From NCBI RefSeq assembly GCF_018350175.1, contig NC_058368.1, positions 119,166,001 to 119,230,000 of the forward strand: a stretch of DNA of 64,000 nt. Direction: 5' to 3'. The notes below the pieces were generated by a model, which saw nothing but the letters and a program-made list of their open reading frames with translations, was not told the origin of the DNA and searched no databases. Below are positions 27,620-39,851 of this stretch, in pieces. The position numbers were made by a program, and so were the translations under genes. Position 1 is the first letter of the stretch. Each line of letters opens with the position of its first letter. This DNA is from Felis catus. Its lineage: Eukaryota.

Positions 27620-28330
27620 TACCTTTGTTCTACAGACCAGCTCCTCTCCTGTATTAACTCTCGCAGTTAGAGGCACTATCTATCACTCATCCTGTTGGCC
27701 AAGCTAAAACCTCTTGTGCTCAATCTCAAAAGATTTCAGTCTCTGGCAGGTGTCAAAGATACACAATGCGGCCAAGAATAAGGAAGATGGGTATAAAGGG
27801 ACTGTGAATGACTGCAGTACTTCAAATGGGAATTTTAATTAATTAGTTAGTTAGTTAATTAATTAAAATACACACACAAGTCCAAACTTCTCCGGTCTCA
27901 AGGTCATCTTCAACTTCCCTTTTTCCCTAAGCCCCACACCTTAAAGTTTAGTCTGGGCTAGCGAGCCTACCTTTGACATGACTATTATATCTTGCTCCTT
28001 TTCTCACTTGCTATGATCACTGCTCAGGTTCAGGGTCTCATCTTTCCTCTCCCCCCACCTCTCCTCCTACCCTATCTCCAGTTTAGCTGCTCTACTCTCC
28101 CTGCATCTCTCCACTGAATAGTCAACAAAATTATCCCACTAAAGCTCAAATGTGACTTTGTTTTTCCATTGTCTAAGAACTTTGATGGTTTCCCCTAGCC
28201 TGTAGGGTAATATGGAACTTAGCATGGCTAAGCCGATCTAATTCTGACACGAGAATAGCCTCATCTACCACCACTCTTCCGCTCTTGTCCTGTACTCCAA
28301 AACATCAAAACTACTTGCTAATCTCTAAAT
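27620..28330. mobile_element. L2 remnant
   Basis: Degenerate pyrimidine-rich L2-like text (tctcctcctgtatt...ggcactatctatcactcatc). Confidence 0.5.
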
Positions 28331-28811
28331 GTGCCCCATAGTATCATTCCTCATTTAGTGTCGAGGATGAGCTTCTGGAAATGGAAATGCTACTTGAACC
28401 ATCCGCACACGCGGTCGTTTCAATATGGTCTCCCCAGAGAGGTATGTCTGGCGTCATGCACTGGCATTGACTCCTCAGATTTTCTCAAAACCTTTGAAGC
28501 ACGACATCCCTCTGGCCATAGTTTCTCCTAGGCCATGGGTCACACAATTATCGGTCAATCATCCCAAGCCACAGTTATACTATGATTAGTTTTATAACAT
28601 TTAAGAGATGACCTATATAGTTTGTGCCCTTGACCAGTTCTTGATGTGACTCAAGAAGTGAAGTTCACCTTTTAAGATCTTACATGATACTCTTTCTTTG
28701 TTTTCTTGGACAGCTTCAGTAATAATAATACTGCAAGTCTTTCAATGGTCATAATGGGCCAAACCTGCATCATAGATCACAACATAAATGACCAAAGGAA
28801 AGGTCACAGAA

Positions 28812-28815
<4 letters not shown>

Positions 28816-28890
<75 letters not shown>

Positions 28891-28985
28891 ACACAGACAC
28901 AGACACAGACACATATACATATAGTATGGCATATAGTATACATATAGTATACATATAGTATGCATATAGTATACATATAGTATGG
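28816..28985. repeat. Compound microsatellite (TA)n(TG)n(CA/GACACA)n plus 11-bp catatagtata tandem array
   Basis: Directly visible. Confidence 0.97.
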
Positions 28986-29129
28986 CAAAGAACTGCATAA
29001 ATGAGGATGTGCGCATGCATTTTGCACACTATTCCCTAGTCTTAGGTGCCCCCTTCTCTTTTCTCCACTTGGTGAATTCCTACTTATGTTAAGACCCTGT
29101 TTAACTGTGACCTACATCTTTATTTATTT

Positions 29130-29270
29130 TATGGTGTGTGCCATGGGCCAACAGCACTGGCATCTCCTTGGAGCCTGCTGTAAATACAGAATCTCAGGTC
29201 CTACCCTGGATCCACTGAATCCTAAGTCTGCATTGTAACAAAATCCCATTAAAGCCTGACAAGCACTGGA
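29130..29270. mobile_element. MER5A (hAT-Charlie) fragment
   Basis: cagcactggcatctccttggagcctgctgtaaatacagaatctcagg...ctgaatcc. Confidence 0.75.
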
Positions 29271-29499
29271 GCTTCCCTGAGCCCCTCCAGCAAAACACAA
29301 GGCTCTAATTACACACCTGGCATTGAGTCTTTATCACATTGTATCATGATTAGTTGCTTGTATGAACCTATAACCGGAGAAAGCCCTTGATGATGTTTGC
29401 TGAAACATGTTAGGACCTATTAATCCAGAGTTCTGTTATTTATTATGATGTCTGTAATAATATACTCTAGATTTGTTGACCCATTTTCCTTTTTTCCTT

Positions 29500-29850
29500 C
29501 AGAGGTCTAAAATGCTAAAACCCTGGTTTTCTAGCCTCCCTTCCAGCCAGATATGGCCATGTGACCGTTCTGGCCATGAGACGTAACCAGAAGTCTGCTT
29601 GAACTTTCTCTTCTTTTGCCTGAGACACGGATACAATGTGGGGGGTACAGCTCTGTTGCTATCACGAGGCCAAAAGGCAAAAGCCAAGGATGGTGGACGA
29701 GGAAGACAGAAAAATCTAAATCCTTGAAGGAAAACTTCTGACTGCAAATTGCTTCTCTGGGAATGGAGATGAGAGATAAACATATCTTTATGTGTTTAAA
29801 TGACGATCAGTTTGCTATCAGTTGAGCTGAACACATTTCCTACCAATCCA
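29500..29850 (+). mobile_element. MLT1-type LTR fragment
   Basis: ggccatgtgaccgttctggccatgagacgtaaccagaagtctgc...gagagataaac. Confidence 0.7.
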
Positions 29851-30169
29851 GTGTCTAATCATTCAGACAGGCAGATCAAATTTGCATTTGCTCTCTTTAC
29901 TAATCCTGGCAGAGGTTCCTCAGGGTGGAAGAGAATGAGGTGTTACCAATGGCTTTTTGGTTGTTCCTTTTTTGCAAAAATTCTATTTCCCTAAGTAATT
30001 GATTTAGAATAACATTTACTAACAACATTCTACAATAAGAAATAGGGACATGGGAGATACAAAATTTACATTACTGGAAGTTTTGGTGAATATGTAAATC
30101 ATGGACTATCAAAGAAATTAGTTAAATCTGGTCAGTATCAGAACACAAACCTCTCCCTTTGCTGTTCTC

Positions 30170-30373
30170 TTCTTTTCTTTCTTTCTCTTTTTTTTAAGTT
30201 TTTATTTTTATTTACTTTGAGAAAGATAGAGAACTAGCAGGGGAGAGGCAGAGAGAGAGGGAGACAGAATCCCAAGAGTCCCAATGCGGGGCTCAAACTC
30301 ATGAACTATGAGATCATGACCTGAGCCAAAGTTAAGAGTCGGATGCTTAACCTACTAAGCCACCCAGGTGCCC
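30170..30373 (-). mobile_element. CAN-SINE, internally deleted
   Basis: SINE head and tail; flanking tccctttg repeat. Confidence 0.92.
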
Positions 30374-31334
30374 TTCCCTTTGTCCTTCTTGATACTTATT
30401 CTATTACAAGAATGGAGAGGGACAGCCACATGAGGAGGTTTTAAAAAATTGGCAATTATGATTGCTTTAATGGGAGCTTTGTGCAAACATCTCTGAGTTA
30501 CGTTTAAATCCAGCCATACTGCCTGGCTTGCATGGTATGGGGATGCCTTAGGTCATTACAGTCTCAGTATTTCCCATACGTTATTTATGCACAGGTTACA
30601 TTTCACTGGAAAACACTGTGATGGCCAAATGGGAAAGCTGGAGTGGAATTTGCAGAATTAGCCTGGGTGATATCTTGCTCCCCAAACTACCCCATTAGCT
30701 CTCAGTGATATTTTGCCCCCACTTCACGTCTCTGTCTCTGTTGGGATATGGCAGCTGTTTCATGGCCCATCACTGTCAAAATACCCTTAGAATCCAAATC
30801 ATGCAAGTTGAGCAGCACTGGAAACTTTATCCATCTATTTCTTGGGGCACATGGCCTCTGACCTACAATCTGTTGTCTCCTGCAGTCTATCAGTTTACCC
30901 GTTGCTCTTCTGTACTTGGGCCCTATCCTACCTAGAAGAGCCACATTCTCAGACTGTTCCAGATGTGTGCTATATTTAAAAAATAGTGAGAAGAGACAGG
31001 GGCACAATGAGCGCAAAGTCACAGTAAACCTGTCTGAAATAATCTCCTTAAGCACATTCCTTTGAACACTCTCAATGTGAAAGCTTTGTCCTCTGAGGTT
31101 GAGTTTGAAAACCTGACAAAAGACATGTGTGATTTGGCTTTTTGGAAAGAATGATCCAAAGAAGGAAACAAATAAAGAAACAAGATCCACTCTGGACCTA
31201 GTCTCTGAAGACACTTTCAAAAGAGAAGTGTTGGTCAGCTTAACAAAAGAATTATCACTAGAACAAGGGCCCCCTGAAAACACATAAGGAAGTGACGTTG
31301 TGTGGTATTCCTTCATCAGTCTCAGTCCTTGGTC

Positions 31335-31525
31335 CATTGATTCTCAAACATCAGCTGGCATCCAAATCGATGGGGGTGAGGAGGGTTTGTTGAAGCACAC
31401 ATTGTGAGCTCCACCCCCAGTTTCTAATTCAATGGGGGGTGGTGCCAAGAGACTAGATAATTTGCATTTCTATCCCATTTCCCAGCTGATGCTGATGTTG
31501 TTGGTCCAGGACCATACTTCAGCCA
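31335..31525. mobile_element. MER5A/B
   Basis: cattgattctcaaa...aatttgcatttctatcccatttcccagctgatgctgatgttgttggtccaggacca. Confidence 0.8.
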
Positions 31526-32314
31526 CTTCTTGAGTCAAATATTATACTTTGATCCCATCAAGCCAGCTAACTGCTTGGCTGTCAATCCTAAGAGTTTTTT
31601 TTTTGTTTGTTTGTTTGTTTTTTTTTAAGCAGTCTGACTCCGCTCATATAACTTTTCCTGACTCCTATCCTCAATTATCCCAACCTCTCTTATTTTATGA
31701 TGACACGGTTTCTAATGCATACTGGATCTGGGTGCATCAATATGCAAGGCAAGTTAGAGAACAGGCTAGCAAGACAGCATTGTTGCCAGAGACCTTAGGG
31801 GAGATGCGGGTGGACAGGATGTGGCAACATAATTGCCACAAGCAATTATAACAATTACAGCATGTGACAGACAATCACCCGTTCTGCACCTTGTCAATGA
31901 GCTCAGGAACTACCTGAGAATAAATGATTTATTTCATTTGCTTTCAGCATTTAATGTTTTTACATTTGTAGCATCTTGAAGGAGCCACAGTTTGTCGCGT
32001 TTTCCCGTTTGTGTGGCCAGGTGTTCCAGGGAGGTATTTTCCCCAGCTTTCATTTTATCTCCTCCCTACTTGGGTACACAACAGGTGAGCTCCTGCTGCC
32101 CATTCAGGATTCCTACTCGAGACTCCTGGGCCATTTTAAACTCGTTCCCCGCTTCCATTTGATCAGAAAAGAAATATCCTAGTAATTCCAGAGTACCTAC
32201 TGGCCACGTTATTAATTCCTGTAGTTTTTAGCCACATATTACCTAATATGGATCATCTTTGCCCCTTTGATAAATCCTTAATTATTCAGACTTCTTAATA
32301 TTCTGTATTTCCTT

Positions 32315-32527
32315 GGGGCGCCTGGGTGGCTCAGTTGGTTACATGTCTGACTTTGGCTCAGCTCACGAGCTCAGATTGTGAGTTCGAGCCCCACATCGGG
32401 CTCTGCACTGAGAACTCAGAGCCTGGAGCCTGCTTTGGATTCCGTGTCTCCCTCTCTCTGCTCCTCCTCCATTCGTGCTCTGTTTCTCTCTCTCTCTCAA
32501 AAATGGTAAACATTAAAAATTTTTAAA
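32315..32527 (+). mobile_element. CAN-SINE
   Basis: TSD aatattctgtatttcctt. Confidence 0.95.
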
Positions 32528-32794
32528 AATATTCTGTATTTCCTTTCCAAAAAAAAAAAAAAAAAAAAAAGGAAATGTGGTGCTCAGAGGAAAGCCAGGT
32601 TGGCTGTCTTTTCCCACAGAGCAGCACCCCCTGGCCTCCGTTTTAACCCCATCTGGTGCCCTTCACCACCCCACTCACATTTGTCAGGCAGAGGGCCAGA
32701 CATCATGTGGGACAAGCACAGGGCTGAAATGTATGCTGTGCCTTTAGAGAAGGTATACAGTGAAAGACAACATCTAGTAGAAATGTCTACGCCT

Positions 32795-33008
32795 GGGGCC
32801 CCCGGGAGGTTCAGTCTGTTAGGCATCCGGCTCTTGATTTGGGCTCAGGTCATGATCTCATGATTCATGGGATTGAGCCCTGCATCAGGCTCTGCACTGA
32901 CAGGACAGAGCCTGCCTGGAGCTCTCTCTCCCTGTGTCTCTGCAACCTCCCTCACTCTGTCTCTCTCTCTTAAAATAAACAAACATTAAAAAAAAAAAAA
33001 GAAAGAAA
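32795..33008 (+). mobile_element. CAN-SINE
   Basis: TSD agaaatgtctac. Confidence 0.93.
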
Positions 33009-33419
33009 GAAATGTCTACTCCTTTTCCCTTCCTCCTCTTGCTCCCCTTCAAATCCCTTCCTAAGACAAATGGTGGGGGGGGGGGGGGGAGAATGTAGAG
33101 TCACCAGAACATTGGTAACTCCCCATATACAAAGCCACCTGCCTCCATTAGGAAGACACTGGGACCAGAAAACAATGCCTGTTTACAGAGATTTATAATC
33201 AAAAGATGGAGAAAATGACCCTTATCTGACAGTTTCTTTCCTTTTGTCCTTGCTGGTCAGGGCATTTAAGAGGCAGAACTCATTCATCTTGGTGTGGGGA
33301 CTCAGTGTGTGTGTTTAGCGCTCTGAAGAGCATTAGACAACCATGGGATTTATAAATATTTGCATTCCGTAATTGTCCTTGGGCAGGATCTGTTGGGTCG
33401 AGTTACCCTAGGGCCACCT

Positions 33420-33720
33420 TCCCCCTCTCCTCGGTGAGAAGCCGAGGTTACCGGGTTTCATTTCCTTCGCTTGGGGGCTAATGGGTGCTCTCTCAGTCCG
33501 GTCACATCTCTCCATCAAAATGGCACTTCACCTGCCCCGCCTGCCTGCCTGCCAGCGACCCGAAGGGCCAGTCACTGAAGAGACTGCCTGAATGAATAAG
33601 GCTTGTGATTCCCCACTGCCTCCCGGCCTTTCTGCATCTTTCCCCTTCTCTTTAGTACTTTCTTTCCCTGGCCAAAACAAACCGAAACCGAATCCTCTGG
33701 GCAGGGGAGTTTCCTGATGT
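33420..33720. promoter_or_regulatory. Candidate IRF/ETS/NF-kB enhancer
   Basis: GGAAATGAAA on - strand (33456-33465); AAACAAACCGAAACCGAA (33675-33692); GGGAGTTTCC (33705-33714); local CpG retention. Confidence 0.35.
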
Positions 33721-36700
33721 GTCTGCTGACAGCCAGGGATTGGAGTATTAGGGGATTAGACAAAAAATATTGAGTGTGGCATTTTAATAGGGTTGTAACT
33801 CAGTTTGATGGGACAACTTGGGAACTATAAATGCATCTGGAAATGAGGATACTTGAAACTAAGCATCATGATCTGCGCTTTTTTTTTTTTTGCACCTTCA
33901 CATGCAAAGAAAACAAAGCCAGCCATTTTTCACCTATGATGTGAGAGGATGGGAGGGTGTTTCTTCAGAAAGTTTCCTCTCATTCTGATTTTGACATTGA
34001 TTGATTGGTGGGTTTGGCTTCATAGAATTCCAGATAGATGAGGTTGAGTGAATTTCCTGGGGGTAGGGAAGTGATTTTTTTTCCCCCAAAAGGACGTATT
34101 TTGGCTATTGGCACTCCTACCCACATTGAAAGCTAACCCCAGGACCTCCGACGAAGATGTGTTACCATAGAGAGGCACTGTGTATCCACGCTCCTGGCTG
34201 GCACCTTCACCGATGCAGACCTTCGCTGAAATGCGCTCACATACTGGTACCTCACACTAAGCTGCAGGTGCCGACACGCGGGTACCAATCCTCAGGGCAC
34301 GTTTTAGTGTACAAGCTGTGTGCAGGGCCGCATCTCTTGCCTGTGCTTTATTTCAGTTAAAGTCTGGCTCCTCCCAGCCAGCGTGGCAGGGAGGCTAACG
34401 TTAGTCATTGTCCAGGCCCTCCCCTCCTTGGGTAACACCAGAGACTAAATTCATACGCTGTCACCAACTCATCATGCTTGCTGCTGACATCCTCACCATC
34501 CAGGCCTGGAGTTCTCTTAAAGTCTCTGCACTGTCCTGCTCCATCCCTGGCATGGGAACTCTGCCGAGGTTGGAGAATCTTTGCTCAGCATCAGCCTCCC
34601 CAGGGGAACCAGGTAGCCTACCCCTTCTACATCCCACCACCTCCTCGGGGTGGGGCCTATGAGTGACTGGATTCTGGCTCTCGAATGGCCATCTGGCTTT
34701 TCCTCTTCCCAGGCTCAAAGACCTGTCTCCTTTTTCTTGTCTCGTCCTCAGATGCATTCCTCTCTCTACCCGCCTCTTCCTTTGTCAGGATATTAAGCAT
34801 CGTATCCTCAGAGAGCTGCAACACATAGGGAGCCCTTTTTTCTGAAAGGGTTTCTGTTTTTCTCTGCCTTGTATGCCTCTGTGAGGCAGGGAAATACTAA
34901 GGGCCATCAACTAAGGAATAAAAAGATCAGCGGAAGGAGCTTTGGAAAATGTGCAGAGGGCAAAACTGAAGTGAACTGAAGCAAAGGAAACACTGGAAAG
35001 AGCTGGAATTTTGGCCATGGAAATGGGCATTGTACCCAACTGTGGTTATACCTGCAAGATGAGGCTACAAAAGGAATATTTTACCTTGAGGTAGAGGGGG
35101 CATCAAAATGATGGAGAACCATCACACTGGGCAATGTGGTATCGTGAGCCTCAACTGGCCAGCCGAAGGCAAACATTCTCCGGGTACCCTCCGGCACACA
35201 GAGTGAAGAATGGGAATGAGAAGGAGGAGCAGAGAAATGAAAGCAAACTGGGTAGGGGTTTCGGTGGGTGGAGACATAATCGGCTTGAGAAGGAGGAAAC
35301 TGCTGCTATCTTCATTTCAGAGAGGGGAAGTTGTAGAGGGCATGTAGTGTGGCTGTTCAGTGGAAAATTAGGAAGGATCTAATAAAACTGAGCAATAGAT
35401 GGTGATCCTGGGTTCACAAACAATAGCTCATGTTTTATAAGATGTATACTGCCTGCCAGGCACCTTTCTAGACATAAATAGCATCATGCCTAGGTTACAG
35501 ATGAGGAACCTGTGGCTCAGGGCCTATCCGTGAGCTGGAAAGGGGTGGGGCTAGATCAGGGCTTGAGCAAGCTCAGTGTCATTGCCCCAGCTAGGTCAAG
35601 TGCCCTTCCCTGGGCTGCCTGTCAGATGAGATGAATCAGAGACTGGTTGGTTAAGCTAGAGTCTTGCACATTCCTGCACCTGCATCTGGTAGAGAAGTCC
35701 CTATCACCCAAGACATGTGGACAGAGAATGGTAGACTTCTAGAAGAAAAGCAGGGTACTCCCTGAATGAAAGGTGGTGGTATAACAACGGCTATTTCCCC
35801 ACAGGACCGCATTTCATAAAACACAGGAACCAGAAGGGGCTTGCTGCTGTGGGTGTAGCAGGAACCTGCCTGGAGCCCCACTCCTGCACCCCCAGCCCCA
35901 AAGGTGCCCTGTAAGCATCTCTCAGGAGCGCCTATGAACTGAGAAGTTCCCTTAAAACTACTGGTCTTGAACAAATAAGAAGCCAGAAATGAGCATAGCA
36001 ATTCTTAGAGCAACAAAACAAATGTTACCAAGCCTCAGCACTGAACTTTGTACACTTAACTAATAAGGGAGTTCCTTAGGTCTCACCCAGAAACCACTTC
36101 TGGCTTTCTATCAAACAATTTTAATAAGCTTGGCTATCTGGCTACCCTTCTCCCGAATCAACAACGTAACAAAGGGCCTTCTCTGGCCCCTGGCCCCTGG
36201 GATGTAATGTCACCTTTTGTCACTCTGTTCTCTCACCTTGGGTCAGCAGGGACAGAAAAATTGAAACGTAAGTCTTGGTCATGTAACTCTGGGACCTTCA
36301 AGCCTCCTTCAGTGAGTCAACCACAAATGATTTCACGGTAACAGAGCAAGTGTTCCCAGGATAATTTTCATTCCACTTCAAACTGTAATGGTTTGCAAGA
36401 GCATTAAGTATGCTCAGCTAGTGTTGCTGCACAGTTTGGATATTGTATTTGGCACCACTTAGCCACATCAGGGGAGTGCCTGCCAACTTGCGTCTTGCAG
36501 ATGGATCGGGCAGACAGCAGACTGTAAAACTCCCTCTTTCCCACTGGCTCTCTAAGTCTCTCTCCTCTCAGGGCCTTGGAGAAAGTTATCCCATCGCCCA
36601 AGGTTAATTCATCCCTCCTTGTTTAATGCGAACAAGTGTGGGCTGCCCCTCTCTCTGACTGCTGCCTGTCCACAGAGGCACACTCTCTCTCACTTAACCT

Positions 36701-36839
36701 CTCTCCCGAAATAGTGCCCAGTGCCAAGGTGGGTCCACACAGACTAAAGTATTCTTGGGAGAGAAGTGTCTTTTCGGTAGTAGAAAGAGCCAAAAATATC
36801 CTCACACTTAGGTAGACTGAGGGCAGGACTGGTGAGTGT

Positions 36840-37040
36840 CAAAGTTGAAAGCTGGGGTTTGAACTTGACCTGGTTGCTAGCTCAACTCCATGTGTCCTGG
36901 GGCAATTTATGCTCCTCAGCTATACAATGGGGATAGTACTGGTACATGCAACCCAGGGCGGCCGTGAGACTCCAAGGCAATGATGATATGTGCCAAGTGC
37001 TTAGCAGTGGGCCAGGTAACCAGACAGTAAAACAGCTGGC
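36840..37040 (+). mobile_element. MIR
   Basis: ctcctcagctatacaatggggatagtactggtac...gtgcttagcagtgggccagg. Confidence 0.7.
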
Positions 37041-37257
37041 CAATGTTAACCCCTATGGTCACGATTATAATTGTTTTGATTATTAGCAACACCTTGTGGC
37101 TACACAGGTAATGCAAGAGTGTTAAGAAGGTTCCCTCTTTGTCGAATGTCAAACTGTCCTGCCAGTAGTTTTTATTTTCTTTTCTGATTTGTAAATCCAA
37201 AAACACCCAAAGACCGTCCTTTCAGTTGGACAACCTCGGGTTTAAAATCCTCATCTC

Positions 37258-37487
37258 GCGGCGCCTGGGTGGCGCAGTCGGTTAAGCGTCCGACTTCAGC
37301 CAGGTCACGATCTTGCGGTCCGTGGGTTCGAGCCCCGCGTCGGGCTCTGGGCTGATGGCTCAGAGCCTGGAGCCTGTTTCCGATTCTGTGTCTCCCTCTC
37401 TCTCTGCCCCTCCCCCGTTCATGCTCTGTCTCTCTCTGTCCCAAAAATAAATAAACGTTGAAAAAATAAAAATAAAAAAAAATAAAT
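37258..37487 (+). mobile_element. Young SINEC_Fc-type SINE
   Basis: Near-consensus; perfect TSD aaaatcctcatctc at 37244-37257 and 37488-37501. Confidence 0.97.
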
Positions 37488-38199
37488 AAAATCCTCATCT
37501 CATTGCTTATTAACAGTGTAACAGAAAAAGCTGCTGAGTTTCTGTTTCCTTCCAGTAGAATTCCAGTTAATTGAGCTGAAATGTGGATAACAAGGTAGCT
37601 ATATCAGAGAAGCCTGTTTCTGATGAATAGGTACATTGTAAACACTCAGTAATATTACTCTAATGATTATTAAATAAAATTGAATCCCCATTAGGTCATT
37701 TTCTTTGATTTCCTTTTGAAGTGATCAATATAGCACCAGAGGTCCATCATCTGCTTCTAGTTTACTCAGAGACCTGACACGTTCTAATGTTTTATCATTG
37801 TGAGTGGTCATTCGGAGCTGAAAATTTTGAAAGACAGTCATTTTGCTAATTATTTTGATTTGGGGAAAAGGATGTATTTTTAGAAATAAGTATATTATTT
37901 GTGGCATTGGTTCTTAATCTCCTGAGGCGGTCTAATGTACATACGTGTTACAATTCAGTAAATCTGCATTTGATCCACAGCTCTGTTACTTAACTACCTT
38001 TGAAGTTTTGTCTTAACAGCAAAATCTCACTGAATTTCAGCTTTCCTATCTAAACATGGGGATAATATTAATATTTTCCTCGTTCTGTTATGATGATTAA
38101 AATGGGTAATATATATTAAGTGCTTAGCACAAAGTAAGAAAGTTAATTGTTCTTGTGGAAACTTAACTTTTATGCAAATTGTAAAAGGTAATTGATGGT

Positions 38200-39851
38200 A
38201 AAAACAAATACTGCACCAAGTACATTTTAATACTGCATCTACATATCGAGGAGGATGAGCAAATGGTCTCTCATTCTCCATCAGTGACTCTAAACTGTCT
38301 CGTCCCAGATCCATTGACAATAGAATTATTAGATAAGGACTTTTGGATTCATTTATGGCACTGGTTTTATGATGAAACTTCAGACTATTAAAGGGAAAAA
38401 CAGCACAACATTACTTTTGACCAGAAGCTTCATCAGGGTAGGCTGAAGGCACTAAATATGACTGGGGATCATCAGGAATAAGGCAACAATAATCCAGTCA
38501 GTGATGGAGCTGCATTTGTGCAAGTGGTACCCATACTGAGTTCAGTAGGCTGAGGTACTTTCCTTGGTTGCCAGGCAATAAGGAACCTGCTTTTCGTAGT
38601 CCATCAATAGCAACACAAAGCATTAACCAAACCACACTCCTGGTTCCACTTATATCATGGCAGCATGGAAATTCTGGGGAACAGAGAATTATGTAATATG
38701 GAAAAAGTGAGAGTTGGCACTGTACAGCAAAACCTCATCTTTGAAGCAGGAGCAATTCAATAGGGATCATCTGCTGGTTGCAGTTCCTGCTTAAAAATGA
38801 ATATGTTGGGGAAAGAATACTAAGTAGTCCCATGCCAAGTCTGTACCACAAAGTGAAGCCAAAAGTTGGGAACCTTGTAGCTAACATGATCCACACGAAC
38901 AAAGCAGATAACTCTTGTCCAAAAGTATAGTTTTAAAGACCAAATAACTTTGTCTCTGAATTCACCAGTTTATCAGAATATTCTGTGCTAAGAGTCATTT
39001 TCGCCTTTAATTATCCCAATAATTAATTCAATCATGCATTTCATTTTGATCTTTATAGAGAAAGGCATAGACTCTCAAATCCACAAATTGACATTGACAC
39101 AGTTGGACTCAAGAATATTCTAGATTATAAAGGTACTTGTCCTAGAATTTGTGTGGTTCTCTACCTAAGTAGGAAAATTAGCATGGAACCAGGCTATCAA
39201 ATAACCTATTCATTTAGTGAGCAGTAGGAACTGATCCTTTACCAGCTATGAGAGAGTTGATGTGAAAGCCAATAAGCTACTCTTTTGATCTGATTTCTTT
39301 AAAGTTGCCATTTATTAAATCAAGAATAGTAAATCAAATTGGAAATAGTATTGTCAACTAGACAGTCAGTGTAGTTGAATGTGTTTGTGTACAACCTTCA
39401 TGGGTATTGCCTGAAATCAAACAGTTGTTATAAGTGTCCATAGGAACACTGAAAGAGGCCAGTTAGATAGAAGTATGGGATGTGAGGAAAAGGAAAAAGG
39501 AGATACGTGGAAGTTTTGCAAGATTTTGGGTCAATTTTGTGAATGTAAGAAGACACCATGTGTAAAGTTTGGAAAAGAAACATAATGGTAGACAAGAAAT
39601 TGAAGGAGTATCTGATTGAGTGTAGGTGAGCAGATTGGTCATAGTCAATGCTCATCTGTAGCATCATCATCACAGCTATTATGGTAAAAAGGACCTTTGT
39701 TCATATCTTTCTTCTACCCTTGTGGTTTTTCACATGTGTCTTTATTTAAAGACTTGGTCTGCACACCCAGGCCATTGAGCTCTTCAGAGAGACTCATGGC
39801 AATACTCACAGAGCCACAAAAGTACAGGATTTCATTTGCCATTGCTGGAAG
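38200..39851 (-). pseudogene. Decayed leucine-rich-repeat type I membrane protein gene, parent unidentified
   Basis: Polypyrimidine acceptor then ATG (39842); LRR-like motifs mostly in one frame; LRR C-cap-like LLCSC; frameshifted TM-like stretch; PPRY in tail; many stops. Confidence 0.5.

Noticed and set aside
28706..29029. Overlapping YIYI/CVCV/HTHT ORFs
   Set aside because: Microsatellite artefacts.
35651..36001. 116-aa minus-strand ORF in unique sequence
   Set aside because: Non-ATG start, no recognisable domain, and length compatible with chance.
37172..37498. 108-aa ORF and similar ones (6951, 16629, 24637, 32326, 57019, 63281)
   Set aside because: Translations of CAN-SINE sequence.
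37725..37907. 60-aa minus-strand ORF (LRMTTHNDKTLERVRSLSKLEADDGPLVLY) as a terminal exon
   Set aside because: Weak acceptor, no recognisable homology, and no upstream exon to join.
38400..39320. Calling the LRR relic a TLR2 pseudogene (SKE*LIGFH..LIAG resembles SKEQLDSFH..LEAG; LHK..WII..SH..VKS resembles the TIR domain)
   Set aside because: Spacing and order do not fit TLR2: further LRRs follow the match and there is no TIR box 1. No gene symbol assigned.
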